This document shows, one piece after another, positions 26,886-38,905 of a DNA stretch of 64,000 nucleotides (within the stretch, counting starts at the first letter, position 1; each line of letters opens with the position of its first letter). A program made the translations under genes and the position numbers. The notes under the pieces are model-generated. The model was not told the DNA's origin. It did not search any database and saw only the letters and a list, made by a program, of their open reading frames with translations. The DNA comes from Clostridia bacterium (lineage in GTDB: Bacteria > Bacillota > Clostridia > Christensenellales > CAG-314): positions 343,332 through 407,331 of the forward strand of contig JAVVRZ010000001.1 in NCBI GenBank assembly GCA_036654455.1, written 5' to 3'.

Positions 26886-28322
26886 CTATTTAGTTAAAAA
26901 ATATTCCCTCATAAAGTCGACAGACTTTGCAAATTCGGTTTGAGAAACATTCTCGTCGTTTGAGTGCATTGAGTTTAACTGCGTTGTAGATATTTTAATA
27001 GGGTTAAACCTTATTATTTGGCTAGAAACGTCGTCCATATAGCAAGCGTCCGAAGCGCCCGATAGAATGTAGGGCAATACTATCGTATTAGGATAAATCT
27101 TTGCGACTAAGGCTTTAAGATTGGCAAAGTGAGGACAATTTGGCGGAGTTATTTTTGAAGCGTCTTTGCTATACAATATTTTTGCGGTAAGACCAAATTT
27201 GCTTGCGACTTTTGCTAATCTATCGAACACTTCTTTAATACTTTGTCCCGGCAATGTTCTAATATTTGCAATCGCAGTTGCAGTCGGCGAAATAGTGTTA
27301 TTGCTTAAACTTGCGTTGACACGAGTAAAAACCAACGTCGTTCTAACAATGGCGTTAGTCGCCGGGCTAACTTTTGGAAGAATTAATTTAAGAAGTCCGC
27401 CGTAGAGCCAAAAATTACAAAGAAGAATTCGCAATCCAAAACTCATATAAGGGCTAATTGACTCAAACATTTGCTTAATTAGTGGTAAAAAACGCACTTT
27501 AAATTGTTGATGCGTATTGATATAGTTCATAAATTTAACTAATTCCGCTAGCGCAGTCGTTTCGTGAGGCATACTGCTGTGTCCGCCTTGTTCTTCGGCG
27601 GTAAATTCTATGTCAACGTAACCTTTTTCGCCCATACCTAGTAAAGCGGTGTCGTTATCTACGGTAGGATAATTACCGCTACTTAAAACTCCGCCTTCGT
27701 CAAGCGTAGTATCAAGCCAAATTTTATGTTCTACAAAATAGTTGCGACAATTTTGAGCGCCCTGCGAAAAAGTTTCTTCGTCGCAACCCGAAAAAATATA
27801 TAAATCATATTTTGGTTGGTAAGAGCCTTCAAGCAGTTTATTAAGCGAAAGAAGAATTGCGCAAAGCATTCCTTTATTGTCGATTGCGCCCCTACCCCAT
27901 ATTTTGTCGTCGGCAATTTCTCCGCTGTACGCAGGGTAAAGCCATTCTCCCTCGGCGGGAACAACGTCGCTATGAGCCATAACTAAATTTGCCTTTTGAC
28001 TACTTATACCTTTAACTAAGAACAAATAGCCATTTTTTATACTTATCGATTGACTTTTGGCAAAAAAGATTGGAAAAAGCTGTTGCAAGGACAAATAATA
28101 TTTGTCAAACGAGCGTTGGTTGTTGCCGTTTGAACTAGTAACAGTTTCAAACTTAATCATTTGAGAAAGAACTTTTGAGTACTGTTCTTGCTTACTATGC
28201 GGAATTGAAAAGTTATCAGTCAATTTTATTTTCTTGCCCTTAGCGCCTGCATTAATTACGCTAATTAAAACTAAAATTAACGCAACTCCAACTAACCCTA
28301 AAATACAATATAATATAATCAT
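26886..28322 (-). CDS. M20-family metallopeptidase with N-terminal membrane anchor
   Basis: I prefer ATG 28322 (MIILYCILGLVG...), which has AAGGAG upstream. M20 motifs AHSDVVPAEGEW, IWGRGAIDNKG and GCDEE are present. Confidence 0.75.
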   Translation of the reverse strand: MIILYCILGLVGVALILVLISVINAGAKGKKIKLTDNFSIPHSKQEQYSKVLSQMIKFETVTSSNGNNQRSFDKYYLSLQQLFPIFFAKSQSISIKNGYLFLVKGISSQKANLVMAHSDVVPAEGEWLYPAYSGEIADDKIWGRGAIDNKGMLCAILLSLNKLLEGSYQPKYDLYIFSGCDEETFSQGAQNCRNYFVEHKIWLDTTLDEGGVLSSGNYPTVDNDTALLGMGEKGYVDIEFTAEEQGGHSSMPHETTALAELVKFMNYINTHQQFKVRFLPLIKQMFESISPYMSFGLRILLCNFWLYGGLLKLILPKVSPATNAIVRTTLVFTRVNASLSNNTISPTATAIANIRTLPGQSIKEVFDRLAKVASKFGLTAKILYSKDASKITPPNCPHFANLKALVAKIYPNTIVLPYILSGASDACYMDDVSSQIIRFNPIKISTTQLNSMHSNDENVSQTEFAKSVDFMREYFLTK

Positions 28323-28450
28323 AACAATCTCCTTATATTTAATTATAACACATTTAAATATCATAAGCACTATGTTGGCAATAAATATTTTTGGTTAAAC
28401 TGCCATTAAATAAATTTACTTTAATTCGATAAATTACAACAAATAATTAA

Positions 28451-28479
28451 TTGAAAAAGGTATTAAAAAGGTGTATAAT
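28451..28479 (+). promoter_or_regulatory. Sigma-70-type promoter for the nitroreductase gene
   Basis: TTGAAA, 17 nt, TATAAT. Confidence 0.5.
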
Positions 28480-28498
28480 TTAAACATAGGGAGCGATT

Positions 28499-28999
28499 AT
28501 GAAAGAAATATTTGAAAGAACAAGCGTAAGAAGTTACGCTCAAAAAGAAGTAGAAGAAGACAAAATTCAAGAATTGTTGCGTTCGGCTATGGCGTCCCCT
28601 ACGGCGCTTAATCAACAAGCCCGAGAATATGTAGTAGTTACCGACAAACCGACGCTTGCAAAACTTAGCAAAGTTAGTCCGGGCGCAATTCACCTAGAAA
28701 ATGCCCAACTTTGTATTGCGGTATGTTTTAACAACGATTTAGCAATTTCTGTTGACTATTTTCAACAAGATTGCTCAGCCTCAACCGAAAATATTCTGCT
28801 CAGCGCAACAAGTCTAGGGTTAGGCGGAGTATGGATGGGAATTGCCCCTAACAAAGAGAGAATGGAGAGGGTTAGCCAAGTTTTAGAATTACCGTCAAAT
28901 GTTTTGCCTTTTAACTTAATTTCGCTAGGTTACCCAAAAGACAAGCCAACCCCCAAACAAAAATTTAACCCCAAAAGTATTCATTACCAAAAGTATTAA
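28499..28999 (+). CDS. Nitroreductase family protein
   Basis: 166 aa with RTSVRSYAQKEV, LLRSAMASPTALNQQ and GLGGVWMG. Confidence 0.8.
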   Translation: MKEIFERTSVRSYAQKEVEEDKIQELLRSAMASPTALNQQAREYVVVTDKPTLAKLSKVSPGAIHLENAQLCIAVCFNNDLAISVDYFQQDCSASTENILLSATSLGLGGVWMGIAPNKERMERVSQVLELPSNVLPFNLISLGYPKDKPTPKQKFNPKSIHYQKY

Positions 29000-29211
29000 T
29001 ATTTATTTCAAATTACGCTTTATACAATATTTGATTTTTTGTAACCTCGCAATGATATTGCAACAATTAAAGGCTTGACTAATTTAGTCAAGCCTAAAAA
29101 ATAAAAATTAATTACGTAAAAATAATTTTAACCCTAGCTAACGCAAAAAAACAACTTAAAACTTAGATTGCGTAAAAAGCAATTTAAAAACCTAACAAAT
29201 GCAATTTAAGC

Positions 29212-30480
29212 CTATAACTGCATTGAAGCAAGCAAAGTTCCGCACAAATTGAGTTCGTTACCGCCTAAAATATCAAATGAAAGGTCTTTTGGAAGTAATT
29301 CTTTCAAATATTGCTCAAAAAGTTTGCGATAATTGTAAAGTTTATAAAAAGTCGTGCCTTCGGCTACTATTGCTAAGGGCAAAGAAGAAGTTGAGTTTGC
29401 CGACTGAGTCACAAATGCAGAAACAAGCAAAGCCCCTATTTTTGCCGAACGGTCAATAAATGCGTAGATTAATTGAGATAAGATGTCTTTGTCGCTTGCA
29501 TTTGGAAAATATTTAGCAACAGATTGTGAACCTATTGACAAAAAATTACTTAGTTCTGCCGTATTTACCTTATAATCGGTATAGAATTTTTCATTTTCTA
29601 CCGCCGAATAACTTAATAACTTCTCTTGTTTGGCTATTCTTACAGCTTCTTTAATTAAAGACGGCAAATATCTACCGCTTGATACTTTTTCTATCAGTTG
29701 TTGGGAAGGCGCAAGAGTCTTGTCAACTATTACTTTATCAAAATCGCCCAAAATAAATTTGTCAAAATTAGAAACTTCGGTATTTATTATCATTTCGCCT
29801 TCGGGCAAATCTAATTTTTTAATATTTTTGTTATTTTCAATATAACTTACATTTGTTCCCGTGCCAAAAATGTAGCCTAAATAGGTCGAATATTGCTTAT
29901 TGCAACTACATTTTCCGCCTAAAAGCGTAGCGACGGTGTCGTTACAAATCACAATTTTGCGTGAAATATCGCTATACTTGCGTAAAGACTGCAATGTTTC
30001 TGCCCCGACATAAGAGCCTAACACTCCGCTAGTTTTAATTTCTTTGCTAAAAATTGTAATAATGCCGTCAAGACTTTGCTCCATATCAACTGCGTAAGAA
30101 AAACAAAATCCTATATTTGTAGCTTTATCAACTAAATAAGAAATATTTTTAGCTATTTGACCGAAAAATTCTTCTTTGTTGAGCGAAAATTTGACTCCCG
30201 GCATAGTCGTAGAAGAAAAATCGCTAAACGTGGGCTTGCCATACTTATCAAAACTTCCTAGACAAACACGAAAATTTGTACCGCCTGCGTCAATTATTAT
30301 ATTTGTAACGTTAGATTGTTTAGGTAAATTTGCCGTTAAATAAGTAGGTATCATAGGCACGCAATTAGACTTGCCAAGTAGCCCTAGACTTATTTCACGT
30401 TTAAGGTTAGCCGTGAAGACTTGACTAGAAATATCTTGACTTGATTGTTTATGAGATAATAAAAAATCTTTAACGTCCAT
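29212..30480 (-). CDS. Hexokinase-family sugar kinase (eukaryote-type hexokinase fold)
   Basis: 422 aa with IIDAGGTNFRV, CNDTVATLLGG and GYIFGTGTNVSYIE. Confidence 0.8.
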   Translation of the reverse strand: MDVKDFLLSHKQSSQDISSQVFTANLKREISLGLLGKSNCVPMIPTYLTANLPKQSNVTNIIIDAGGTNFRVCLGSFDKYGKPTFSDFSSTTMPGVKFSLNKEEFFGQIAKNISYLVDKATNIGFCFSYAVDMEQSLDGIITIFSKEIKTSGVLGSYVGAETLQSLRKYSDISRKIVICNDTVATLLGGKCSCNKQYSTYLGYIFGTGTNVSYIENNKNIKKLDLPEGEMIINTEVSNFDKFILGDFDKVIVDKTLAPSQQLIEKVSSGRYLPSLIKEAVRIAKQEKLLSYSAVENEKFYTDYKVNTAELSNFLSIGSQSVAKYFPNASDKDILSQLIYAFIDRSAKIGALLVSAFVTQSANSTSSLPLAIVAEGTTFYKLYNYRKLFEQYLKELLPKDLSFDILGGNELNLCGTLLASMQL

Positions 30481-30494
30481 ATTTGCCTCGTAAA

Positions 30495-31433
30495 TTATTC
30501 ATTTAGCATTTCGTAAAACTCTTGCAAGGTAATAATTTTTAGTTTACCAGCGTTTGCGAGAGTGATAATTGCTCTTGTCCTTGAACTATTTGCCGTAGAA
30601 TTGCTTACATAGTAGTTTGCCTGAGCTAATTTTGCCGAATATTTGCCACCATTAGCATATATTTCGTTAAGAATTTTAACCGAATTTGCAAAATTGTCAA
30701 GTTCGATTATGCGGTCAAGCGCAAAGACAACGTCACTAAATTTATCGCTTATTTTTACAAATTTAGTCGCTCGAATGTAGTCGTACAATTTGCCGATGCT
30801 ATTATTCTTAACTTTCTTGCTACAACCTTCTTGCATAATTACAGGGTGAATTAGCTCAAAATTAATGGTAGACCCAACTCTAATAGAATATTTTGCCATT
30901 AACTGCTCGACGGTTTGCCCGGTTTGTTCTACAAGATATTTTATCGTAAGTAGCGACACATAAGCGTCTTCCAAACTGTCGTGAGGCGTAAAAACAACGC
31001 CGATTTGCTCGGCAATTTTAGACAAACTGCGAACTTCCTTGTCGCCCTTATAGGCTTTAAATAGTAACTGAGAACATATAAAATTGAAATTAATTGGAGG
31101 TAAGCGATAGTGTTTGCAAGCCGAATTTAACATAATTACGTCGCTAACTACGGCGTGACCCAACACAATATAGTCGCCGGTAAGCAATTTTGCAAGCCTA
31201 TCGTAAATTTTGTCAAAGGTCGGTGACGCTTTAAGTAGTTCGGGTGAAAGATGTAAGTCTATGCCTACGTTTGCCCGTGTGCCGTTTAAGTCATACTTCG
31301 CCTTAGGGTTAACGTAAATATTCTCTTTAAAGATTACATTAAAGTTTTCGTCGGCAATAACTACGCCAACACTACAAATGCTGTAACGTTTATATCCGTT
31401 TGCCGCCTCAATGTCGAAAGCTAGATAATTCAA
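30495..31433 (-). CDS. DEDDh 3'-5' exonuclease (DnaQ-like) with BRCT-like C-terminal domain
   Basis: I prefer TTG 31433 (MNYLAFDIEAANG), which has AGGAG 8 nt upstream. The track start at 31484 coincides with the promoter -35 element. Motifs are FDIEA, GHAVVSDV and HDSLEDAY. The C-terminus (VVFALD...GGKYS...YYVS) looks BRCT-like. Confidence 0.7.
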   Translation of the reverse strand: MNYLAFDIEAANGYKRYSICSVGVVIADENFNVIFKENIYVNPKAKYDLNGTRANVGIDLHLSPELLKASPTFDKIYDRLAKLLTGDYIVLGHAVVSDVIMLNSACKHYRLPPINFNFICSQLLFKAYKGDKEVRSLSKIAEQIGVVFTPHDSLEDAYVSLLTIKYLVEQTGQTVEQLMAKYSIRVGSTINFELIHPVIMQEGCSKKVKNNSIGKLYDYIRATKFVKISDKFSDVVFALDRIIELDNFANSVKILNEIYANGGKYSAKLAQANYYVSNSTANSSRTRAIITLANAGKLKIITLQEFYEMLNE

Positions 31434-31455
31434 TTTATATTCTCCTAACAAGGCT

Positions 31456-31484
31456 ATTTTACCAAATGTAGCGACAAAACGCAA
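31456..31484 (-). promoter_or_regulatory. Sigma-70-type promoter (extended -10) for the exonuclease-hexokinase operon
   Basis: Minus strand reads TTGCGT, 17 nt, TGgTAAAAT. Confidence 0.5.
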
Positions 31485-31509
31485 GTTACTTTTGATATAT
31501 TATTTTTAG

Positions 31510-31541
31510 AAGAAAAAAAAGACGAAAAAAGTCGTCTTTTT
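31510..31541 (-). terminator. Rho-independent terminator after guaA
   Basis: Minus strand aaagacg pairs with cgtcttt around an 8-nt loop, followed by a T-run of 8. Confidence 0.6.
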
Positions 31542-31642
31542 AATTACTTTAAATTTTAAAATATTTTAAATATTTTACCAACTATTACTATACTGGCTAA
31601 ATATTTATAAGTTGTAGGCTAATAAACAAGCGACTTTTACCG

Positions 31643-33166
31643 CTATTCCCATTCGATTGTAGCCGGAGGTTTGCTTGTTATATCATAAACTACACGATTA
31701 ACCCCTCTTATATTATTGGTAATTTTTTGCGAAGTCCGTTCCAAAACATCGTAGGGAATATGCGCCCATTCGGCAGTCATAGCGTCTACCGAACAAACCG
31801 CCCTTAACGCAACGGTATGAGCGTAAGTGCGTTTGTCCCCCATTACGCCGGTCGACAATACGTCGGGAAGAACGGCAAAATACTGCCAAACATTTTCAAC
31901 CTTGCTTTCTTGCATTTCTTGTCTAAATATATGGTCAGCTTGACGAACTATGTCGACTTTTTCTTGGGTAAGTTCGCCGATAATGCGAACGGCAAGTCCG
32001 GGGCCGGGAAAAGGTTGACGATTGATAATTTGCATAGGAATATTTAATTCTAGTCCTACGCTACGAACTTCATCTTTAAATAAACAGCGAACAGGCTCGA
32101 TAAGCCCTTCAAAATCCATTACCGACGGCAAACCGCCGACATTATGGTGAGTTTTTATCACTTCTCCGCTACCGCTACCGCTCTCAATTACGTCGGGGTA
32201 GATTGTGCCTTGCACAAGAAAACTTATATTGCCGAGTTTTTTTGCTTCTTTTTCAAAAACACGAATAAATTCTTCGCCGATAATTTTTCTTTTTCGTTCA
32301 GGCTCGGTTACCCCTTTGAGTTTAGACATAAAGTGTTCTTTTGCGTCAACCGCAATTAAATTAAGCCCTTTTTCTTGCTTAAAAATTTGTAAAACTTCCT
32401 CAGTTTCGTTTTGACGCATAAAACCATGATCGACATAAATACAAAATAAGTTGTCGCCTACGGCTTGATGGACTAACATAGCCGAAACAGCCGAGTCAAC
32501 ACCGCCCGAAAAAGCGCAAAGAACTCTTTTGTTGCCGACACGCTGTTTAATTTGTTCGACAGTTGATTTGACAAATTCGCCAAGCGACCAGTCGCCTGCG
32601 AGTCCGGCAATTTTATATAAAAAATTACCTAAAATTATTTGTCCAAATTGCGAAGTAACTTCGGGGTGAAATTGTATGCCGAATAATTTTTTACTTAAAC
32701 ATTCAGCCGAGGCGTATTTGCAATTTGCCGTACTGGAAGTTAAAGTAAATTCCGTAGGTAAAGTAGTTACGCTGTCAAAGTGACTCATAGTAACATCAAA
32801 TTTGTCGTCTACGCCCTCAAAAAGTTGAGATTTGCCAACTAAAACTACTTCTGTTTTGCCAAACTCTCCTTTTTGCGAAGGCGTAACCGTACCGCCGAGT
32901 AAATGCGACATAAGTTGAAAACCATAACAAATGCCCAGTATTGGAACGCCTAAGTCAAATACCGCCTTGTCTATTGTTGGGCTACTCGCTTCGTAACAAG
33001 AGTTGTTACCGCCCGAAAAGATAATTGCCGAAGGCGAATATTCTTTTATTTTATTAAAACTTGCGTAGTGAGGCATAATTTCACAATAAATGTGATGTTG
33101 TCTTACTGTCTTTGCAATAAGTTGAACAGTTTGACTGCCAAAGTCGATTATTAAAACTTTTTGCAT
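31643..33166 (-). CDS. guaA: GMP synthase (glutamine-hydrolysing)
   Basis: I prefer ATG 33166 (MQKVLIIDFGSQ). The GATase domain (GICYGFQ, HPE) is followed by the ATP-PPase motif SGGVDSAV and the C-terminal ATIEWE. Confidence 0.92.
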   Translation of the reverse strand: MQKVLIIDFGSQTVQLIAKTVRQHHIYCEIMPHYASFNKIKEYSPSAIIFSGGNNSCYEASSPTIDKAVFDLGVPILGICYGFQLMSHLLGGTVTPSQKGEFGKTEVVLVGKSQLFEGVDDKFDVTMSHFDSVTTLPTEFTLTSSTANCKYASAECLSKKLFGIQFHPEVTSQFGQIILGNFLYKIAGLAGDWSLGEFVKSTVEQIKQRVGNKRVLCAFSGGVDSAVSAMLVHQAVGDNLFCIYVDHGFMRQNETEEVLQIFKQEKGLNLIAVDAKEHFMSKLKGVTEPERKRKIIGEEFIRVFEKEAKKLGNISFLVQGTIYPDVIESGSGSGEVIKTHHNVGGLPSVMDFEGLIEPVRCLFKDEVRSVGLELNIPMQIINRQPFPGPGLAVRIIGELTQEKVDIVRQADHIFRQEMQESKVENVWQYFAVLPDVLSTGVMGDKRTYAHTVALRAVCSVDAMTAEWAHIPYDVLERTSQKITNNIRGVNRVVYDITSKPPATIEWE

Positions 33167-33281
33167 TGTTTTTCCCTTTAAATTTTTAAAAAGTTGAAAG
33201 TTAATTTGCATACTAAGTATTTAAGCAAGTAATACAATTAACTTATAAAGTGTAGCTAATAATTTCTTAAATGCTAACGAA

Positions 33282-34754
<1,473 letters not shown>

Positions 34755-34769
34755 TTAAAATTATTTTAT

Positions 34770-34800
34770 AAAAAAAATTGCTTGCGACACGACAAGCAAC
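34770..34800 (-). terminator. Intrinsic terminator/attenuator hairpin about 35 nt upstream of the guaB start
   Basis: Minus strand ttgcttg-tcgtgtcg-caagcaa is followed by a T-run of 8. It also lies about 200 nt downstream of the V-ATPase operon stop. Confidence 0.6.
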
Positions 34801-34906
34801 TACTAGACAGCCTTAGAGCGTAGGCTAATTAAATTGTTAAAAATTATAAAAAATTGGCATTGTTGGTAAATTTGCAATTTCGCTCACCTCTATCTAGATT
34901 AGGCAT

Positions 34907-34935
34907 ACTCTACCACAAAAATTAATATTTGTAAA
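34907..34935 (-). promoter_or_regulatory. Candidate guaBA promoter
   Basis: Minus strand reads TTTACA, 17 nt, TGgTAGAGT. Confidence 0.35.
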
Positions 34936-34999
34936 CTTTTTTAAGCTCAAAAGTATGGCGATTTGCAATTTTATAATAGCTAAAAATATCTAAAATATT

Positions 35000-35623
35000 T
35001 TACCGTTTTTCCAAAAGCATAGCTTTAACTTTCATAAGACGAATTGTCGCCGAACGGTCTGCCTCGTCTAATTTCATTCTTATAAACTTAATTGTTTCGG
35101 TTAGTTGAGGAATTAAAACGTTTTCAAGCGCATTTACCCTTCTTTTATTGCGTTGAATTTCGTTTGCTAACATATTACAAGTTTTTTCTACTTCGGCTAG
35201 TTTGACAAGGCTAAGTATAACCGAGTCAAGATTGTTTATGCTTGCGTCAAGCTCGGCGGTAGAAGAAGTAAAACTGTACGGATATTTGGTGTCGCCGGTT
35301 TGAGTAACTTCTATTTTAGGGACTTGAACGTTCATAATTGATGTTTTGCTACATTTAACGGTAAGTTTGCGACAAGGTAAACAGATTGCCTCTTGTATTT
35401 GCGTAGGAAAAGACACTGCCGACGACAACGCAAATTCTTTATTTGCATTGCCCAGCCTTGTTTCGACTTCTTTTCTAAGTCGTTTATTTTCCCTTGCGAT
35501 TACCACAAAGCGACGTATCATTTCGTCGGTCTTGTCTTTAAGTAATTTATGTCCACGTGTTGCGGTTTTAAGACGCTCTTTTAGCCTCTTTAACTCCATA
35601 CGTGTTGGATTTACTTTAATCAA
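35000..35623 (-). CDS. ntpD: V-type ATP synthase subunit D
   Basis: TTG start after AAGGAG. The protein starts MIKVNPTRMELKRLKERLKTATRGHKLLKDK. Confidence 0.88.
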   Translation of the reverse strand: MIKVNPTRMELKRLKERLKTATRGHKLLKDKTDEMIRRFVVIARENKRLRKEVETRLGNANKEFALSSAVSFPTQIQEAICLPCRKLTVKCSKTSIMNVQVPKIEVTQTGDTKYPYSFTSSTAELDASINNLDSVILSLVKLAEVEKTCNMLANEIQRNKRRVNALENVLIPQLTETIKFIRMKLDEADRSATIRLMKVKAMLLEKR

Positions 35624-35764
35624 ACTTGTCGCTCCTTAAATAATTTTGTTACTGTCAATATAGTTGACCAAATATTTTTCACTTTTTTAAAGTTTTGCCA
35701 TAGTTGTAATTTACAACGTAAGTTATAAGTAGTGTTGCAGTTACATTAGTAACTTCAATATAAT

Positions 35765-37147
35765 TTATTTTTGCATAAAAGTTTTGCCGTAGTATTTGTC
35801 TAGCAACTTGTCGGCTATTCTTTTAAGTTCGCTTCGAGGTAGAATAGAGAGTAATTCCCAACCTAAGTCAAGGGTTTGTGCTATCGAACGGTTTGTTGCA
35901 AAGCCTTGCGAAATATATCGCTCTTCAAATTCGACTGAAAACTTTGAGTAAAGTTTATCAATATCGGTCAAGGCTGATTCGCCTAAGATAGTAGCTAGTT
36001 CCTTAGCCTCTTTGCCCCGAGCGTAACAAGCAAAAAGTTGATTCATAGTCGCTGCGTGGTCTTCTCTTGTTTTGTTAACGCCTATTCCCTTGTCTTTAAG
36101 TCTAGAAAGACTAGGTAGAACGTCGATAGGCGGATTTATACCACGCTTCTGCAACTGTCTAGAAAGGATAATTTGACCCTCTGTAATGTAGCCGGTTAAG
36201 TCGGGTATTGGGTGCGTCTTATCGTCTTCGGGCATACTTAATATAGGAATTTGAGTTATGCTACCGCTATGTCCCTTAATTCTGCCTGCCCTCTCGTACA
36301 TTGTTGCAAGGTCGGTATAAAGGTAACCGGGATAACCTCGTCTACCGGGAACTTCTTTTCTTGCGGCGCTTGTTTCACGCAAAGCCTCCGCATAGTTTGT
36401 CATATCGGTTAAAATTACAAGAACTTGCATATCAAGCTCAAAGGCAAGATATTCGGCGCAAGTTAGAGCCATTCTTGGGGTAGAAATTCGTTCAATAGCA
36501 GGGTCAGAAGCAAGATTTACAAATAAAACCGTACGTTCTATCGAGCCATTGTCGGTAAAATCTTTAATAAAAAAGTCGGCTTCTTCGTAAGTTATACCCA
36601 TAGCGCCAAAAACAACGGCAAACTTTTGGTCGTCGTTTTTAACCTTAGCTTGTCTAGCAATTTGAGCTGCAAGTTGAGCGTGCGGTAGTCCGCTACCCGA
36701 AAATACAGGTAATTTTTGCCCACGAACAAGGGTATTTAGCCCGTCGATTGCAGAAATACCGGTTTGAATAAATTCGTTAGGGTAATCTCTTGCGTAAGGG
36801 TTGATGGGCAAGCCGTTAATATCCATACGCTTGTCGGCGAGAATTTGCGGTCCTTTGTCGATTGGAACGCCTAATCCGCTAAACACTCTGCCTAGCATAT
36901 CTTGCGAAACGCCTAGTTCTAGGCTATGACCTAAAAATCTTGCCTTTGCGGTAGATATTTTTAGTCCTTGACTACCTTCAAAAAGTTGCACTAGGGCGGT
37001 ATCATTATAAACTTCAAGCACTTTGCCTCTACGAATTTCGCCAGAATTTTGTTCTATCTCGACAAGCTCGTTGTAGGCGACGCCCGAAACGCCATTGACT
37101 AGCATTAACGGACCGACTACTTCTTTAATTGTTCTATATTCTTTCAT
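35765..37147 (-). CDS. ntpB: V-type ATP synthase subunit B
   Basis: 460 aa starting [16 protein letters not shown], with an alpha/beta nucleotide-binding fold. Confidence 0.92.
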   Translation of the reverse strand: MKEYRTIKEVVGPLMLVNGVSGVAYNELVEIEQNSGEIRRGKVLEVYNDTALVQLFEGSQGLKISTAKARFLGHSLELGVSQDMLGRVFSGLGVPIDKGPQILADKRMDINGLPINPYARDYPNEFIQTGISAIDGLNTLVRGQKLPVFSGSGLPHAQLAAQIARQAKVKNDDQKFAVVFGAMGITYEEADFFIKDFTDNGSIERTVLFVNLASDPAIERISTPRMALTCAEYLAFELDMQVLVILTDMTNYAEALRETSAARKEVPGRRGYPGYLYTDLATMYERAGRIKGHSGSITQIPILSMPEDDKTHPIPDLTGYITEGQIILSRQLQKRGINPPIDVLPSLSRLKDKGIGVNKTREDHAATMNQLFACYARGKEAKELATILGESALTDIDKLYSKFSVEFEERYISQGFATNRSIAQTLDLGWELLSILPRSELKRIADKLLDKYYGKTFMQK

Positions 37148-37161
37148 TCTTGTCGTTCTCC

Positions 37162-38901
37162 TTACTTGATTAATTGATTAATTTGCTGTTTCATTAAAGT
37201 ACTTATGTCGTCAAGCAAATGAAGGTCTTGTTCGGGAATATATTTTGCTCTACCTATTTGTTCGACAACGGGCAAAGCTAGAATGTTGTCAAGGTCGACG
37301 GCTTTATCTAGCGCAAGATTGCCTAAGTCGTAAAAATCTAGTATCAATTTCATCATTTTATATTGTTTTTGCATACTTGTGTAGGTATCAATCTCGTCAA
37401 AAGCATTTTGATGTAAGAAGTCTTCTCTAATTGACTTTGCAGTTTCCATAGTAAGTCTATCTCTATACGACAATGCGTCCATACCCACAAGACGAACAAT
37501 CTCGTTAAGCTCGCTTTCCTCTTGTAAAATTCTCATAAGCGTAGTTTTACGTTCGGTAAAGTCGCTAGCTATATTATTGTTAAACCATTCGGCAAGCTTG
37601 TCGTCGTAAAGCGAATAACTTTGCATCCAGTCAATTGCGGGAAAGTGCCTACGATAAGCTAGGTCGGCAGATAAACCCCAGAAAACTTTTACAATACGTA
37701 ACGTGGCTTGTGAAACAGGTTCGCTCATATCTCCGCCTGCTGGGGAAACCGCCCCTATTGCCGAGATTGCCCCGATTTTGTCGGTAGAACCAAGTACTTT
37801 AACTAGACCTGCTCGTTCATAGAAGTTTGCAAGACGGCTCGAAAGGTAGGCTGGGTAACCTTCTTCGCCCGGCATTTCTTCAAGTCGACCGCTCATTTCC
37901 CTTAACGCTTCCGCCCAACGAGAAGTAGAATCGCCCATAACGGCTACGGTGTAGCCCATATCACGATAATATTCGCCGATAGTAATGCCAGTATAAATTG
38001 AGGCTTCTCTTGCCGAAACAGGCATATCCGAAGTATTTGCTATTAAGACCGTGCGTTTCATTAGTGGTTCGCCGGTGCTTGGGTCTTTAAGCTCTGGAAA
38101 TTCGTTAAGAACGTCGGTCATTTCGTTGCCACGCTCGCCACAGCCGACAAATATAATTATTTGAGTGTCCGCCCATTTAGCAAGTTGATGTTGAACTACG
38201 GTTTTTCCGCTACCAAAAGGGCCGGGTACGGCTGCCGTTCCGCCCTTTGCGATTGGAAAAAGGGTATCTATTACACGTTGACCGGTAATCATTGGGTAAT
38301 TAGGACTCATTTTTTCTTTATAAGGTCTGCCGACACGCACAGGCCACTTTTGCAACATACATACGTCTTTGCCGTCTATGTCGGCGATAGTATCGCAAAT
38401 TGTATACATACCCTTGCTTGCAATTCGTGTGACTATGCCCGATACGCCAAACGGCACCATTATATAGTGGAGTACGATTGATGTTTCTTGCACAGTGCCT
38501 AAAATATCGCCGGCTTCTACTTGTTGACCTATTGTAGCCTTAGGTATAAACTCCCAAAGCTTGCTATGACTAAGCGAGTCAACCGAAAAGCCTCGTTTAA
38601 TTCGGTCGCCGGCAAGATTATATAGAACGTTAAGCGGTCGTTCAATTCCGTCGAAAATACCCTCGATTAGACCGGGCGCAAGCTCGACCGAAAGAGGTTC
38701 GCCGGTAGAAACTACGGTATCGCCCACGCATAAACCGCTTGTTTCTTCATAAACTTGAATTGAGGCTTTGTCGCCACGCAGTTCGATAACTTCGCCTATT
38801 AGATTGTTTTCGCCAACGTGAACAACGTCATACATTTTAACGTCGCCCATATTTTCGGCTACGATTAACGGCCCGCTTACTTTAATTATTTTACCTTGCA
38901 T
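37162..38901 (-). CDS. ntpA: V-type ATP synthase catalytic subunit A
   Basis: 579 aa with [13 protein letters not shown] and the Walker A motif GPFGSGKTV. Confidence 0.92.
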   Translation of the reverse strand: MQGKIIKVSGPLIVAENMGDVKMYDVVHVGENNLIGEVIELRGDKASIQVYEETSGLCVGDTVVSTGEPLSVELAPGLIEGIFDGIERPLNVLYNLAGDRIKRGFSVDSLSHSKLWEFIPKATIGQQVEAGDILGTVQETSIVLHYIMVPFGVSGIVTRIASKGMYTICDTIADIDGKDVCMLQKWPVRVGRPYKEKMSPNYPMITGQRVIDTLFPIAKGGTAAVPGPFGSGKTVVQHQLAKWADTQIIIFVGCGERGNEMTDVLNEFPELKDPSTGEPLMKRTVLIANTSDMPVSAREASIYTGITIGEYYRDMGYTVAVMGDSTSRWAEALREMSGRLEEMPGEEGYPAYLSSRLANFYERAGLVKVLGSTDKIGAISAIGAVSPAGGDMSEPVSQATLRIVKVFWGLSADLAYRRHFPAIDWMQSYSLYDDKLAEWFNNNIASDFTERKTTLMRILQEESELNEIVRLVGMDALSYRDRLTMETAKSIREDFLHQNAFDEIDTYTSMQKQYKMMKLILDFYDLGNLALDKAVDLDNILALPVVEQIGRAKYIPEQDLHLLDDISTLMKQQINQLIK

Positions 38902-38905
38902 ATTA

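Noticed and set aside
28323-28370. Upstream extensions of the track ORFs for the M20 peptidase (also guaA 33167-33211, GNAT 56181-56240, iorB 49609-49623)
   Set aside because: In each case an internal ATG has a properly spaced RBS, and for GNAT a promoter lies inside the extension. The shorter protein also begins at the conserved family N-terminus.
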